64,000 nt of DNA from the NCBI GenBank assembly GCA_965205865.1, contig CBDBHR010000017.1, positions 32,776 through 96,775 of the forward strand. Reading direction: 5' to 3'. Source of the stretch: a bacterium (lineage in GTDB: Bacteria; SAR324; NAC60-12). A program made the translations under genes and the position numbers. Every line of letters starts with the position of its first letter. Position 1 is the stretch's first letter. The notes beneath the pieces were generated by a model. It saw nothing but the letters and a program-made list of their open reading frames with translations. It was not told the DNA's origin and did no database searches. This document shows positions 40,573 to 51,828 of this stretch, piece by piece.

Positions 40573-43224
40573 TCAAGGCGCCAAGCTTTTTGAAACAATT
40601 TCATAAACATCCTTTGACAATCCCGGGGCACGCACAATGCGCTCCAATTGGTGTTTCATTTGTTCCTGCCGCTGCAAATCATATCGTTGCCAACGACTCA
40701 AACTGCTCGACAAACGTGCAGCAACTTGAGGGTTGAGTGCATCTAACCGTAAGATGCAATCTGTCAAAAATTGATAACCAGCGCCACTGACTTCGTGAAA
40801 ACAGAAAGGATTGCCGCTACTGAACATACCAATCAGAGCCCGCACTTTGTTGGGGTTTTTGATCTCGAATGCAGGATGATCCATTAATTTTTTGACTTCC
40901 TTCAAAGTCCCTGGAAGTGGAGCCATAGCCTGGATGGAAAACCATTTGTCCACCACTAAGGGATCTGCTTGCCACATTTCATAAAACTCAGACAAAACCT
41001 GGCTGCGATAGGGCGAGTTGTTGAGAACCAGGGCATTGAGCGCTCCCAGTACGTCAGTCATATTGCGTGCGGACCTGAACTGGTCAAGCGAGTGCTCGAA
41101 CACGAGCGGATCATTCAATTCCGCAAGATATGAAAGACTCATGTTTTTCAATCGACGTTTCGCCATTGAGTGAGTGTCAAGCCGGTAGGGACCGTCTTCC
41201 TGATATTGCTGGTATGTATCAAAAAAAGCGTCTTTCAACTCCCGAGCCAGACTTTCCCTGACGAAATCCCGCACATCATGGATGGCGGTCACGTCGATGA
41301 CCTCCATCATATCAGCCAGGTAGGATTCCGAAGGCAAACTGAGGATTTCTGCCAGCAACGACAAATCCAATGCCGCGTCCGTGAGAATCTCGTGGAATGC
41401 CGCAACAAAAGATTGATTGAGCAGTAATTTTTTATGCTGTTGATAATCGGCGACCAAATCCAGCATCGTTTTGATGGCAAGTCGTTGTCCGGCTTCCCAA
41501 CGATTGAAAAGATCACGGTCATTTGCCATTAAAAAAGCCAATTCTTCATCCGAATAATCAAAATGCAGTTTGACGGGGGAAGAAAAGCTTCGTAGCAATG
41601 ACGGCACGGGTTGTCGATCAATACCAACAAAGCGGAATGACTGTTGTTGTTGCCGAAGATGCAACACCCGGATGGAGGATGGCGAAGGGTGGTCCTCCCC
41701 TGACAGCTGAAGGGGGAGATCGCATCCCTCCGGATCGAGCAATCCCAAGGCAATGGGCAGGTGAAAAGGTCGTTTATGGGACTGATTCGGCGTGGGTTTG
41801 CAGGATTGTTGAAAAGTCAGACTATAGGTTTTCGCAGAGGCATCGAATTCGGTTTGCGCATCCACTTCAGGCGTCCCGGCCTGGCTGTACCAATTTCGAA
41901 ACAGGGCAAGATCGGTTCCGTTCGCATCTTCCATCGCCTTGACAAAATCATCAGTGGTCACAGCTTGTCCGTCATGACGCTCAAAATACAGATCCATACC
42001 AAGACGAAAGCCCTTGGCGCCCAAGATCTGGTGTATCATTCGCACCACCTCCGCGCCTTTATAGTAAACTGTACTAGTATAGAAATTGTTGATGGTCATA
42101 TAAGATTCCGGACGAACCGGATGCGACATGGGACCTGCATCTTCCGCGAACTGTGAAGCCCGCAGTCCTCTCACATCGTTGATCCTCTGCACCGTGGCAG
42201 ATCCCATATTTGCCGAAAAAGACTGTTCCCGAAATACGGTCAAGCCTTCTTTGAGACTCAGTTGAAACCAGTCCCGACAGGTGATCCGGTTTCCGGTCCA
42301 ATTGTGAAAATATTCATGCGCAATCACTCTCTCGATTGCGCTGTAATCCCAATCCGTTGCGGTTTCCGGTTTTGCAAGTACGTATTTAGAATTGAAAACG
42401 TTGAGTCCTTTGTTTTCCATGGCTCCCATGTTGAAATCATTGACAGCTACAATCATGTAGATATCCAAATCATACTCTCGCCCATAGACCTCTTCATCCC
42501 ACCGCATCGCTTTTTTGAGAGATCGCAGGGCATGCTCACATTTATCGGCATTCATTTTTTCAACGAATATCTGCAGGGTAACGGTTCGGCCCCCTCGAGT
42601 CACGAAGAAATCTTGCTGGCAGACCAAATTCCCGGCAACCAAGGCAAACAAGTAGCAAGGTTTTTTATGAGGATCTTCCCATTTGGCCCAATGACGTCCA
42701 TCCGATAGCTGACCCTTTGCGATCAAATTTCCGTTCGAGAGCAACACCGGGTACTTTTCCTGATTGGCAGTGATAGTGGTGGTGTAGCGAGCCATCACAT
42801 CCGGACGATCCGGAAAATAGGTAATACGGCGGAAGCCTTCGGCCTCACACTGAGTACAAAAATTATCGCTGGATTTGTACAATCCTTCCAACGCGGTGTT
42901 TTCCTGGGGTTTGATCTCGGTTTCGATTTCCAATACAAAGGAATCCGGAACTTCATCGATGCGTAGAGTTTTCTCCTCCAAGCAGTATTCGCTTGTTGAC
43001 AAAATACGGCCATTCAGGCGAAGACACTGCAAAACGAGTTCCTCACCATCGAGAACAAGCGGGACTGAATGAGATTGCGAGGCATCGCGCCGTATGGACA
43101 ATCGAGACAGTACCCGAACAGCTTCTTCGCCCAAGTCAAAATCCAAATCCACGCTATCAATCAGATAATCAGGTGATTTATAGTCTCTCAAAAAAATAGG
43201 TTGGGGGGATTCTCGTTGTATCAA
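40573..43224 (-). CDS. pepN: Aminopeptidase N
   Basis: GAMENKGLN, HEYFHNWTGNR..E and NPNKVRAL motifs. Confidence 0.97.
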   Translation of the reverse strand: MIQRESPQPIFLRDYKSPDYLIDSVDLDFDLGEEAVRVLSRLSIRRDASQSHSVPLVLDGEELVLQCLRLNGRILSTSEYCLEEKTLRIDEVPDSFVLEIETEIKPQENTALEGLYKSSDNFCTQCEAEGFRRITYFPDRPDVMARYTTTITANQEKYPVLLSNGNLIAKGQLSDGRHWAKWEDPHKKPCYLFALVAGNLVCQQDFFVTRGGRTVTLQIFVEKMNADKCEHALRSLKKAMRWDEEVYGREYDLDIYMIVAVNDFNMGAMENKGLNVFNSKYVLAKPETATDWDYSAIERVIAHEYFHNWTGNRITCRDWFQLSLKEGLTVFREQSFSANMGSATVQRINDVRGLRASQFAEDAGPMSHPVRPESYMTINNFYTSTVYYKGAEVVRMIHQILGAKGFRLGMDLYFERHDGQAVTTDDFVKAMEDANGTDLALFRNWYSQAGTPEVDAQTEFDASAKTYSLTFQQSCKPTPNQSHKRPFHLPIALGLLDPEGCDLPLQLSGEDHPSPSSIRVLHLRQQQQSFRFVGIDRQPVPSLLRSFSSPVKLHFDYSDEELAFLMANDRDLFNRWEAGQRLAIKTMLDLVADYQQHKKLLLNQSFVAAFHEILTDAALDLSLLAEILSLPSESYLADMMEVIDVTAIHDVRDFVRESLARELKDAFFDTYQQYQEDGPYRLDTHSMAKRRLKNMSLSYLAELNDPLVFEHSLDQFRSARNMTDVLGALNALVLNNSPYRSQVLSEFYEMWQADPLVVDKWFSIQAMAPLPGTLKEVKKLMDHPAFEIKNPNKVRALIGMFSSGNPFCFHEVSGAGYQFLTDCILRLDALNPQVAARLSSSLSRWQRYDLQRQEQMKHQLERIVRAPGLSKDVYEIVSKSLAP

Positions 43225-43324
43225 CTTTTTCCTCGAAATATGTTTGTCAACGGCAATTATTGGTAGTGACGTCCATGCCGGAAGTTCTCATTGCTGGTTC
43301 CGGAATTAGGGCAAGTCCCTTTTT

Positions 43325-44032
43325 TTACCTCCACAGCCATCCGGGATCCTCTATAATCGTCACCTCTTCCATTTCCTCTTGTGTCTGTCTTACTTCCCGT
43401 TCTTGTTGGGCTTTGAAGCGCTTTTTGCAAATTTGATCTCCTTGAAGAATGACATCTTGCAGGACGTCATGTCCGGAAATTAATCCTTCTTCATCTTCGT
43501 AAGCAAGATCGTCTTCGGAAATTTGATCTTGGACGATCTTTTCCATTTCTTCAAAAAGGTTTCCCATCCCCAAATCGAAACGCCAATCATGATTTTCAAA
43601 AAAGTGTTCATCGCTGAGCATGGCTAAAAAAACCATATGATAAGGATCCACTCCTTTGAATTCGGCAACTACGACCCGCAAATCCGCCCAACGTTCATCC
43701 TCCAGAAAATCGGATTGAGGGTCCGCAAAAATACCTGCTGCCAGATCCACTCTTTCATAAATTCCGAAATGCCGGGCATAAGCAAGTCGTTGATCGATCA
43801 GTTTTTGATAGAGTTGTTTTCCTTTTTCGGTAGCTTCGTAATAATACTCAGCGCCACGCCGCACCATTCCCTTGTCTTCCAATGCATCCAAGTAAGGCTC
43901 CACCAGTCTGTCATTGCTCTCCATGAACGACGAATGGATGCGCTCTCCTTCGGAAACAAGTCGGTGCATGATCAACAATCCGGCAAATTCCAGTTTGCTC
44001 TCCTCGGAAAGAAGAACTCTTGCGTGGGTCAT
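43325..44032 (-). CDS. Hypothetical acidic protein with a winged-helix-like segment
   Basis: Long protein-like ORF (LDALEDKGMVRR...YEATEKGKQLY); ATG 44032. Confidence 0.7.
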   Translation of the reverse strand: MTHARVLLSEESKLEFAGLLIMHRLVSEGERIHSSFMESNDRLVEPYLDALEDKGMVRRGAEYYYEATEKGKQLYQKLIDQRLAYARHFGIYERVDLAAGIFADPQSDFLEDERWADLRVVVAEFKGVDPYHMVFLAMLSDEHFFENHDWRFDLGMGNLFEEMEKIVQDQISEDDLAYEDEEGLISGHDVLQDVILQGDQICKKRFKAQQEREVRQTQEEMEEVTIIEDPGWLWR

Positions 44033-44064
44033 GACTTGATCCCTTACTTCAAATCTTATATACA

Positions 44065-45816
44065 CCTAAGTTGAGCGATTCGTAATAAAAAAAGCTCCCA
44101 ACCTTGGGAAAAATGTGTTATATTTCAGTGGTTAAAATAAAAAAATTCACAAAATCTAACACAACCCAACAGGTAGAGAGCTTTATGGAAAAAAATATAA
44201 CAGTTCAGGATAAAAAGAAACAGATAATTGATGCCATTCAGCCAACCGATGAACACTTGACAAGTCGTGCCGGATTGGCCTTGTTTGCCCAGTATCTGCA
44301 AAGCATTCGGCTGATGCCGATCATCGAAAGGTTGTTTGGTTCGATGCGTAAAAATAAAAAAGGAATTGCTGTCTCTGATTTTTTTGTGCAGATCCTCTGT
44401 TTTTTCATGGACGGTAGCAGCCGTCATCTCAGTTGGTTCGATCACCTCAAAAGGGGCGAGGGTTATGCCGCCTTGCTGTCATGCAGTGAGCAAGACCTTG
44501 CCTCCTCGCATGCCGTGAAAAGATTTTTTGGAAAGTTCTCTTTTGTACGAGTCTACCTGTTTCGTCATCTGCTGCAGATACTGTTTATCTGGAGACTGAA
44601 GAAGACTTGTCCAACGGTGATTGTGTTGGGTCTGGATTCGATGGTACTTGATAATGATGATGCCCTGAAACGCCATGGTGTCCAGCCGACTTACAAGATG
44701 GTCAAAGGATTTCATCCCCTGCAGATGAATTGGGGTCGTTATATGGTTGACGCAGTTTTTCGCGGAGGTAGCAAACATTCGAATCACGGGAAAACTGTTC
44801 AGAATATGCTGGTTCATATCGTGAAAAGGATTCGCCGCCAATACCGAGATGATGTACCAATCATGGTGCGCATGGACACCGGTTTTTTTGACGAAAAAAT
44901 CTTTGAAACCTGTGAACGACTGAACATCGGTTAGCTGAAGCGGAGGAAAGTCCTATGCCAATGTGAGGAATGCTGCGGAAGAAGCCACTGACTGGCAGAC
45001 CTTCACTTCATCGGGCAAGAAGGAGATCTGGCAGTACACCGAGTTTAAGAGCCAGCAGGGGACATGGAAGAAGGCTCGTCGCACGATCTACAGCCGCTTG
45101 ATTGAACACGATAGCCAACTCTCTTTGCCGGGTTTGGATCATGATGGCGTGATCATTACGAACCTTGGTATGGGAGAGGCCATTGATGGCCAACTCAGCC
45201 AAGCCGCTGAAGAAAAGCGCATCGATGCTCATAGCATCCTTGGCTCGTACCACGGACGGGGAAAGGATGAACTGGCCAACCGGGCGCTGAAAAACTTTGG
45301 TCATCAACAACTTCCCTTCAAGGACTTCATTTCCAATACCGCATGGTACTATCTGATGCTGCTTGGCAATAACCTCTTCGAATCCTTCAAAGAAGATGTC
45401 AGCAAGCCAGTGATTGCGGTAACGATGTATGCTGATACCTTCCGGCGCCAGTTTCTTGATACGGCAGGCAAACTGCTTCGTCATGCCGGAAAACTGATCT
45501 TGAAAATACCAAAAAAGACCTTTGAGCGCTTGCAATTGGACCAACTATTTGCCACCTGCCAGCACGCATTGGCGCCAATCTGATCAACGGGTTTCGCTTC
45601 AATTAAAAAACAAAAACATTAAAGTTTAAGGGGATAAGTGCGTCCAAAACATGAGAAATGAAGACCTTCCACATCTGAAAACAGCATTTTGATGCTCATT
45701 CTCACTCAAACATCCATGGATTTGATGATCAAAATCTGATTTCAGAATGATTGCCTTTCTCAGGCAAAAAAATCATCTTGAAAATCTGATCCTTTTTTAG
45801 AATCGCTCAATTTGGG
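44065..45816 (+). mobile_element. Full-length IS1380-family element with a disrupted transposase
   Basis: Inverted repeats CCTAAGTTGAGCGATTC / GAATCGCTCAATTTGGG and 5-bp duplication ATACA; the transposase is broken by TAG plus a frameshift at about 44932-44940. Confidence 0.92.
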
Positions 45817-45921
45817 ATACAATATATTCTATGAAAAGGACTTTGCTTTCCTCTCAAAAAACTGGTAGCTTTCTTTTCCTCAACCATATCATAATGAAGA
45901 TTAGTTAGAAGCTTTAAAAGC

Positions 45922-46227
45922 ATGGCAAATGATTCCCGGCATGAATTGAAACAATTCAAAATCAACATCAAAGGGCATCAATTTTCGGTTTCCAGCCAAT
46001 ATTCAGAAGACCGCATTCGTAGGGTTGAGACTTTTCTCAGCGAGAAAATTGATGAAGTTGCTTCCAATTCGGACACGTACAATCTGACGAGTTTGACTGT
46101 CTTGGCAGCTTTGAATTTAGCTGATGATCTATTGAACATCAAACGCAACAGAGAGTATATGTCCGAATCAGCCAAAGAAAGTCTGGTGGCTATTTGTCAG
46201 CAATTGGACAACATTGTTGAAAAATAA
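45922..46227 (+). CDS. zapA: Cell division protein ZapA
   Basis: INIKGHQFSV...VLAALNLADDLL. Confidence 0.85.
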   Translation: MANDSRHELKQFKINIKGHQFSVSSQYSEDRIRRVETFLSEKIDEVASNSDTYNLTSLTVLAALNLADDLLNIKRNREYMSESAKESLVAICQQLDNIVEK

Positions 46228-46333
46228 AAATTGACCAGGGAATCTCGAGGTCCATATTGGATACAGATACCTGGCACTGAGGGATTTTTGGGGGAGAGTT
46301 TATGAACCATATGTCGAGAACCCCCGATTTGGT

Positions 46334-46512
46334 GAAGATATTCCTGCGGTTCTCGTGATGAAATCTTTTGCTACCTTACTGCATTGTAACGGGATTTGTC
46401 CCTAAGAATGGTGCGCATGCCTTCAAAGAAGGAAGCCTGAAATTTTTATACGTTATCCCACCTGGAGCACCAGGTACAAAAGTATTTCACACGGTTTCGC
46501 GGCAATATCTTC
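46334..46512 (+). ncRNA. ssrS: 6S RNA
   Basis: Lies directly after zapA, a known synteny; about 180 nt; the ends pair (gaagatatt / aatatcttc); contains a cccacctgg...ccaggtacaa element. Confidence 0.8.
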
Positions 46513-46564
46513 CCCAACTTTTCCCTGCGCATCCATCTTCCACAACCGGAATCAGCAGTTGGAT

Positions 46565-47236
46565 TCATGACAATGGTCGAGTTCGTATTCTCTCCTTTTT
46601 CTTTTTTTGAATAGCCGTATTCGACGGCGCGTGCAAAATTTCTTCAAGCACTCCCGAATGCCGCAAATGCATATACATTTCCCGACAAATCCAGGCATCG
46701 GTTGCCGCGTATGTGATCTGAGCGGGTGTCAGCTCTTGGTTTTCCCAATTCGATAAACGGGTACGTTTGGAGATACGCACGCCTAAAAAAATTGCGGCTA
46801 AACTTCTCAATCCGAAATTTTTTAATCCCAGCTTTTTAGCAATTTGCGCAAAATCAAGAAACCCTTTCGGTTCAAAGGAGGCCAATTTTTGTAAGGCTTG
46901 GACGTCATCATACATGGCCACTCCCAATTTGAGGATCTTTTCATTTTCCAGAATCCTCTTTAAAGCAGCAGGTAGATGGACGTAATTCAGTCGAAAAAGA
47001 AAGACTTCATGCGAGGTCGACAATTGCAGCAATGAGACTGTGTTTCGTTTGCCTTTTTGAAAAGAAGGGCGGGTTTCCGTATCAAATCCGAGCCAGGATT
47101 CTTCATTCAAGCAAGCAAGCGCAGGTTTGATTTTTTCAGGCGTATCTACCAGATGGACGGGGCCCTCAAACTGAACCTGGTGAAAATCATTGATTTCCTT
47201 TTTGCTGATTTTCTCGGGAAATGGATGCTCTATCAT
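46565..47236 (-). CDS. 3'-5' exonuclease (RNase D/WRN-like)
   Basis: LGFDTETRP, LLQLS and LSNWENQELTPAQITYAATDAW motifs. Confidence 0.9.
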   Translation of the reverse strand: MIEHPFPEKISKKEINDFHQVQFEGPVHLVDTPEKIKPALACLNEESWLGFDTETRPSFQKGKRNTVSLLQLSTSHEVFLFRLNYVHLPAALKRILENEKILKLGVAMYDDVQALQKLASFEPKGFLDFAQIAKKLGLKNFGLRSLAAIFLGVRISKRTRLSNWENQELTPAQITYAATDAWICREMYMHLRHSGVLEEILHAPSNTAIQKKKKERIRTRPLS

Positions 47237-47346
47237 AAAATATAAGGCAACAAATTCAGCATTGCTCCACGCAGGGTTTCCCGTGTCCGTGGTTACTCGG
47301 ACAGTGCGAAATCGTTTGGTACGGGCATCCGCGTTTGTCCCTTCGA

Positions 47347-48744
47347 TCAGATAGTATTTGAAAAATGTGGAATCTGGGAGTTTTCTTCGAGATAGCGGTC
47401 AAAAAGCATGACGATATTACGCATGAAAAGGACACCAAGCTGGCTCAATTCAATCCCTTCCGGCTTCAATTCCAACAATCCTTCTGCTTCAAAAGTCTGT
47501 ATTGCCTGGCAGGCATTCTTGAAATATTCGGGAAAGACGATTTGGAATTTTTTTTCAATTTCGGGGACAGGAAGAAAGCAATGGCACATCATGGTTTCTA
47601 TCACTTCCCGTCGTAGCAAATCATCCGAATTCAAAATTCGTTTTCTGATGGTTGGAATCCCCCCTTGATCGACCCCTTGTATATAGGCTGTCAAATCTTT
47701 TTCCTTTTGGAAGTAGCCATTGCCAAAATCCGAAATGGCCGACACCCCCACTCCAATTTGCGACAATCCCCGCAAGGTGGTGTATCCCATGAAATTGCGG
47801 TGAAGGGTGTGGTTCTTTTGAGCAACTGCCAGTTCGTCGTCCACTTTGGCATAATGATCCATGCCAATCATCTGGTAACCTGCTTGGGTAAAAAACTGAA
47901 TGGAAGCCAAATAAATAGCAATTTTTTCTTCCGCAGTGGGTAAATCTTCTTCTTTGATCGCACGTTTGTGGCTGTGAAACATGCTGGGAATATATGCAAA
48001 ACTATAAATTGCCAACCGGTCCGGCTTCATGGCGTTGATGGTTTCCATGGTGGACTGGAAGGTCTCCATAGTTTGACACGGCAAACCATAGATCAGATCC
48101 ATATTGATGCTGGTATATCCCAGTTCCCGCGATTTATAAAACGCATGTCGTGTCTGCTCCGAGGTTTGCTCCCGATTGATCGCGTGTTGTACTCTGCGAT
48201 CCAAATCCTGGACGCCAAAGCTGATCCGTCGGAAGCCTAATGCATACAAAGCTTCCAGTTGCTCACTCCGCGTTACCCGTGGATGTGCTTCCAGAGCCAT
48301 TTCCCCGTCCGTTTCAAAGTCAAAATGCTCTGCAACCATCCCATGAAGCCGTTGCAGTTGATCGACATTGAGATGAGTGGGGGTACCCCCTCCCAGATGG
48401 AATTGTTTGACGCTTTTACGATTTCCTAAATGCCGAGCCGTTTGTCGCAATTCTTCTGCGAGGGCTTGCAAGTATTTTTCTACTAAATCCTGATCCCGGG
48501 TGATAAAACGATTGCAGCCACAAAAGGTGCAAAGACGGCTGCAAAAAGGGATATGGACATACAAGGAAAGCGGTGCCTCTTTTTTCCCCTCTTCACGCAG
48601 AAATTCACCATAATCCCCGGCAAACTCACCTCTTTCCCAAAGCGGCACCGTGGGGTAGCTGGTATAACGTGGGCCAGGCCGGTTGTAATGACCGACCATT
48701 TTTGCAGAGACTCGGGAATAATCATGCATGGTTGCTCTTGTCAA
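47347..48744 (-). CDS. hemN: Oxygen-independent coproporphyrinogen III oxidase
   Basis: GPRYTSYPT, YVHIPFCSRLCTFCGC, GGGTPT, IGMDHYA and LHRNFMGYT motifs. Confidence 0.95.
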   Translation of the reverse strand: MTRATMHDYSRVSAKMVGHYNRPGPRYTSYPTVPLWERGEFAGDYGEFLREEGKKEAPLSLYVHIPFCSRLCTFCGCNRFITRDQDLVEKYLQALAEELRQTARHLGNRKSVKQFHLGGGTPTHLNVDQLQRLHGMVAEHFDFETDGEMALEAHPRVTRSEQLEALYALGFRRISFGVQDLDRRVQHAINREQTSEQTRHAFYKSRELGYTSINMDLIYGLPCQTMETFQSTMETINAMKPDRLAIYSFAYIPSMFHSHKRAIKEEDLPTAEEKIAIYLASIQFFTQAGYQMIGMDHYAKVDDELAVAQKNHTLHRNFMGYTTLRGLSQIGVGVSAISDFGNGYFQKEKDLTAYIQGVDQGGIPTIRKRILNSDDLLRREVIETMMCHCFLPVPEIEKKFQIVFPEYFKNACQAIQTFEAEGLLELKPEGIELSQLGVLFMRNIVMLFDRYLEENSQIPHFSNTI

Positions 48745-48760
48745 ATGAATCTTTAAAACT

Positions 48761-50677
48761 TCAACGGATCAAGGTTCCTGGAGCAGCTTCTGCAGGAGGT
48801 TCCACCAGCATATAATGGCCATCGTTTTCGGTACAGAGGATCATCCCCTCAGAAATCACACCCCGCAGCTTCGCAGATTTAAGATTGCAGACCACCACCA
48901 CCTGTCGTCCCACCAAGCTCTCTGGCTTATAATTCTCGGCAATCCCTGAAACAATGGAGCGGAGTCTTCCTTCTCCTATGTCCACTTGAGAGTGCAAGAG
49001 CTTGTCTGATTCCTTCACGGACTGACATAAGACAATCCGACCAACCTTCAATTCAATTTTGGAAAACTCTTCAATCGTCACTTCATTGGTGGCTGCAACG
49101 GACTCTCCTGCATGCATTGGAACAGATGAAGTGTGAGGCGCATTTTCTGAGGAGACTTCCTTGATTTTTGGAAACAAGGGAGAGGGTTCTGGTAAAAGCA
49201 GTCCTTCTGGCAGTAGTCCAATTTCAAATTGAGCGTGGTCTAAGGTGTCTTCCGCAAGTCCAAGTGCTTGCCAGGCCGTTTTCATTTTTTCCGGCATCAC
49301 CGGAAACAGCAATTGCATGAGGATGCGGACAGCATCCAATGCCGTGTAGAGAACGGTCCCCAAACGCACATGGTTGCCTTCTTTAGCCAGTTTCCATGGG
49401 GTAGTCGAATCAATGTATTTGTTGACTTGGCTGCTCATCAAGGCAACCTGTTCCAAGGCTCGATGCAATTGAAACCCCAACACTAGTTGTTGCACCAGCG
49501 CCGTTCCTCGAGCAAAACGGCTGTGGAGTTCTTTTTCCAAATCCTCCAATTCGCCTTTTGGAGGAATGCGGTTGTCGAAATTTCTACGGCTCATGCTGAT
49601 ACTGCGATTGATCAGATTACCAATGTTGTTTGCCAAATCTCCGTTGTAGCGCACAAGCAGTAATTCTTCCGTGAAATTGGCGTCTTCACCATAAACCATG
49701 TCTCGTGCTAAAAAATAGCGCAAGGGATCGGTGCCAACACGATCTTTCATGGCAAGAGGATCCACAACGTTTCCTATGGATTTGCTCATTTTTGAACCAC
49801 TGCTGATCCAAAAACCGTTGACTACTAATTTTTTAAACATGGGAAGACCTCCTGCTTTGAGCATGCAGGGCCAATATACCGCGTGGGTCTTGAGGATGTC
49901 TTTACCAATCAAATGATGAACCTGAGGCCAATATTTGAGATATAATTCCTCATCCGGCCAACCTAAGGCATTTGAATAATTGAGCAGGGCATCGAACCAT
50001 ACATATGTGACAAAGTTCGCATCAAAGGGAAGCTCAATGCCCCAGGTGAGTCTGTCTTTTGGTCGTGAAATACACAAGTCTTGCAGGGGATTCTTTAAAA
50101 ACTTCAAAACTTCCGTCCGATATCGTTTGGGATAGATCCAATCTTCTTTGGTTTCAACCTCTCGAATCAACCAATCCTGGTAGGCACTCATTTTAAAAAA
50201 GTAGTTTCCTTCCTGATGTAACCGAGGTTCCACTTGATGATCGGGACATTTACCATCCGTCAATTCACTTTCATCCATGAAACGTTCGCATCCAACACAA
50301 TACAATCCTTCATATTGTTTGAAATAAATTTCTCCTTGATCATAAATTTTTTGCATCACTTGTTGTACACGCGTTTTATGATCAGGATTGGTTGTCCGAA
50401 TGAACTGGTCATATTGGATGTGGAGCTGAGGCCAAAGATCTTGAAATTCTTGTGAAATTCGATCCACAAAAATTTGAGGAGTGATGTTGGCTTTTTTTGC
50501 CGATTCGGCAATTTTCTGACCATGTTCGTCAGTTCCGGTTAAAAAATAAGTATCCTCGCCAAACAACCGGTGAAAACGGCGAAATATATCTCCTACGATA
50601 GTAGTGTAGGCATGCCCGATATGAGGATGGCTATTCACATAATAAATAGGGGTCGTAATATAGAAAATTCGGGACAT
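48761..50677 (-). CDS. metG: Methionine--tRNA ligase
   Basis: HIGH, KMSKS, YVWFDAL and a C-terminal tRNA-binding domain. Confidence 0.97.
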   Translation of the reverse strand: MSRIFYITTPIYYVNSHPHIGHAYTTIVGDIFRRFHRLFGEDTYFLTGTDEHGQKIAESAKKANITPQIFVDRISQEFQDLWPQLHIQYDQFIRTTNPDHKTRVQQVMQKIYDQGEIYFKQYEGLYCVGCERFMDESELTDGKCPDHQVEPRLHQEGNYFFKMSAYQDWLIREVETKEDWIYPKRYRTEVLKFLKNPLQDLCISRPKDRLTWGIELPFDANFVTYVWFDALLNYSNALGWPDEELYLKYWPQVHHLIGKDILKTHAVYWPCMLKAGGLPMFKKLVVNGFWISSGSKMSKSIGNVVDPLAMKDRVGTDPLRYFLARDMVYGEDANFTEELLLVRYNGDLANNIGNLINRSISMSRRNFDNRIPPKGELEDLEKELHSRFARGTALVQQLVLGFQLHRALEQVALMSSQVNKYIDSTTPWKLAKEGNHVRLGTVLYTALDAVRILMQLLFPVMPEKMKTAWQALGLAEDTLDHAQFEIGLLPEGLLLPEPSPLFPKIKEVSSENAPHTSSVPMHAGESVAATNEVTIEEFSKIELKVGRIVLCQSVKESDKLLHSQVDIGEGRLRSIVSGIAENYKPESLVGRQVVVVCNLKSAKLRGVISEGMILCTENDGHYMLVEPPAEAAPGTLIR

Positions 50678-50755
50678 GGGAGTTTTAAATATATTTTCTC
50701 GATACAGGGTAAAGAATGAAAATGTAGCGGATTTTTCAGCACTCCTTTTTTCAAA

Positions 50756-51079
50756 TCACTGGAGTAATTGAATGACAGGCTTTTCCGGATGAGAACGATA
50801 CAACAGCAAAGTTCGTCCAATGATCTGAGCAACATGAGAACGGGTAAGCATTGATATTTGTCGAGAACATTCTTTTTTATCTATTGGGCAAGAATTGAGA
50901 ATTTTGATTTTGATCAATTCATGCTCCAACAAACATTGGTCGATTTGCTCATACAATGTAGGCGACAACCCGTTTTTTCCCACACTGACCAAAGGATTCA
51001 TCAAGTGAGCCAATCCGCGCAGATAACGTTTTTGTTTTCCGGTCAAGGACTTTTGGATCAAGGGCGCAGAGGAAGGCAT
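50756..51079 (-). CDS. yhbY: YhbY/CRM RNA-binding protein
   Basis: LTGKQKRYLRGLAH, VGKNG, HELIKIK and QIIGRTLLLYR motifs. Confidence 0.93.
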   Translation of the reverse strand: MPSSAPLIQKSLTGKQKRYLRGLAHLMNPLVSVGKNGLSPTLYEQIDQCLLEHELIKIKILNSCPIDKKECSRQISMLTRSHVAQIIGRTLLLYRSHPEKPVIQLLQ

Positions 51080-51649
51080 TCAATTGAAATTTTGCACATT
51101 TTCATAAATTGCTGAAATCAGAATTTCAGCTTGTTTTTCATCCCATTGGCGGATCTGTTTCACTTTTTCAAGCGCTTCTGCTTTGCTTCCCGCGCGTATG
51201 TGACAGTGGGCCAAACCGATATGGGCTTGCAGGTGCTCAGGATCTTGTTCCAGAATGGCAGACAGTTGTTCTTCTGCTTCGCGGAGACGAGTCCTTTCGA
51301 AAAAATGCTGTGCCAGATAAAGGCGCAATTCTAACATATACGGTGCTTTTTGAATAGTCGCCAGGAGCATCTCCTCGATTTTATCGAACTTCCCCAAAGC
51401 TTCGTATGCTTGTACAAAAGCCAACACCTGCCGGCAGTGTTCTGTGTTCAAATCAATTGCCTGTTGCAATACTCTGTAGCCTTCTTCCAATTTTCTTTGC
51501 TGCCGCAATACTTTGCTCAAGGTAATCAAAGCATCTTCCTCGTGAGCATCCAGGGTGATGATACGCAGCAATGTTTCTTCTGCAGCACTAAAGTTCTTTT
51601 GGGCCAGCTCCACATTGACCTGCTGTTTGAGAAGTTGGATAGCTTCCAT
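51080..51649 (-). CDS. TPR protein (start uncertain)
   Basis: TPR-like helices such as EAEEQLSAILEQDPEHLQAHIGLAHCH. Confidence 0.8.
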   Translation of the reverse strand: MEAIQLLKQQVNVELAQKNFSAAEETLLRIITLDAHEEDALITLSKVLRQQRKLEEGYRVLQQAIDLNTEHCRQVLAFVQAYEALGKFDKIEEMLLATIQKAPYMLELRLYLAQHFFERTRLREAEEQLSAILEQDPEHLQAHIGLAHCHIRAGSKAEALEKVKQIRQWDEKQAEILISAIYENVQNFN

Positions 51650-51828
51650 GCTTACTTTTTTGCGCAACCATTGGTGAATGCGTTGTAACATGTCTAAGCC
51701 CGTAAAAAGAAAATTGAAGTGCAAATACTCAGCCTTACTATTTTTAAAGAGAGTTTCGTCCAAAGCTCGCTCCCATGAACTCCAGTGCAATGTCTGGTTA
51801 GCCCAAACTCGTTGAATCATTTTATCGA

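Noticed and set aside
44932-44934. TAG readthrough (pyrrolysine) in the IS1380 transposase
   Set aside because: The downstream half is in a different frame, so this is ordinary decay.
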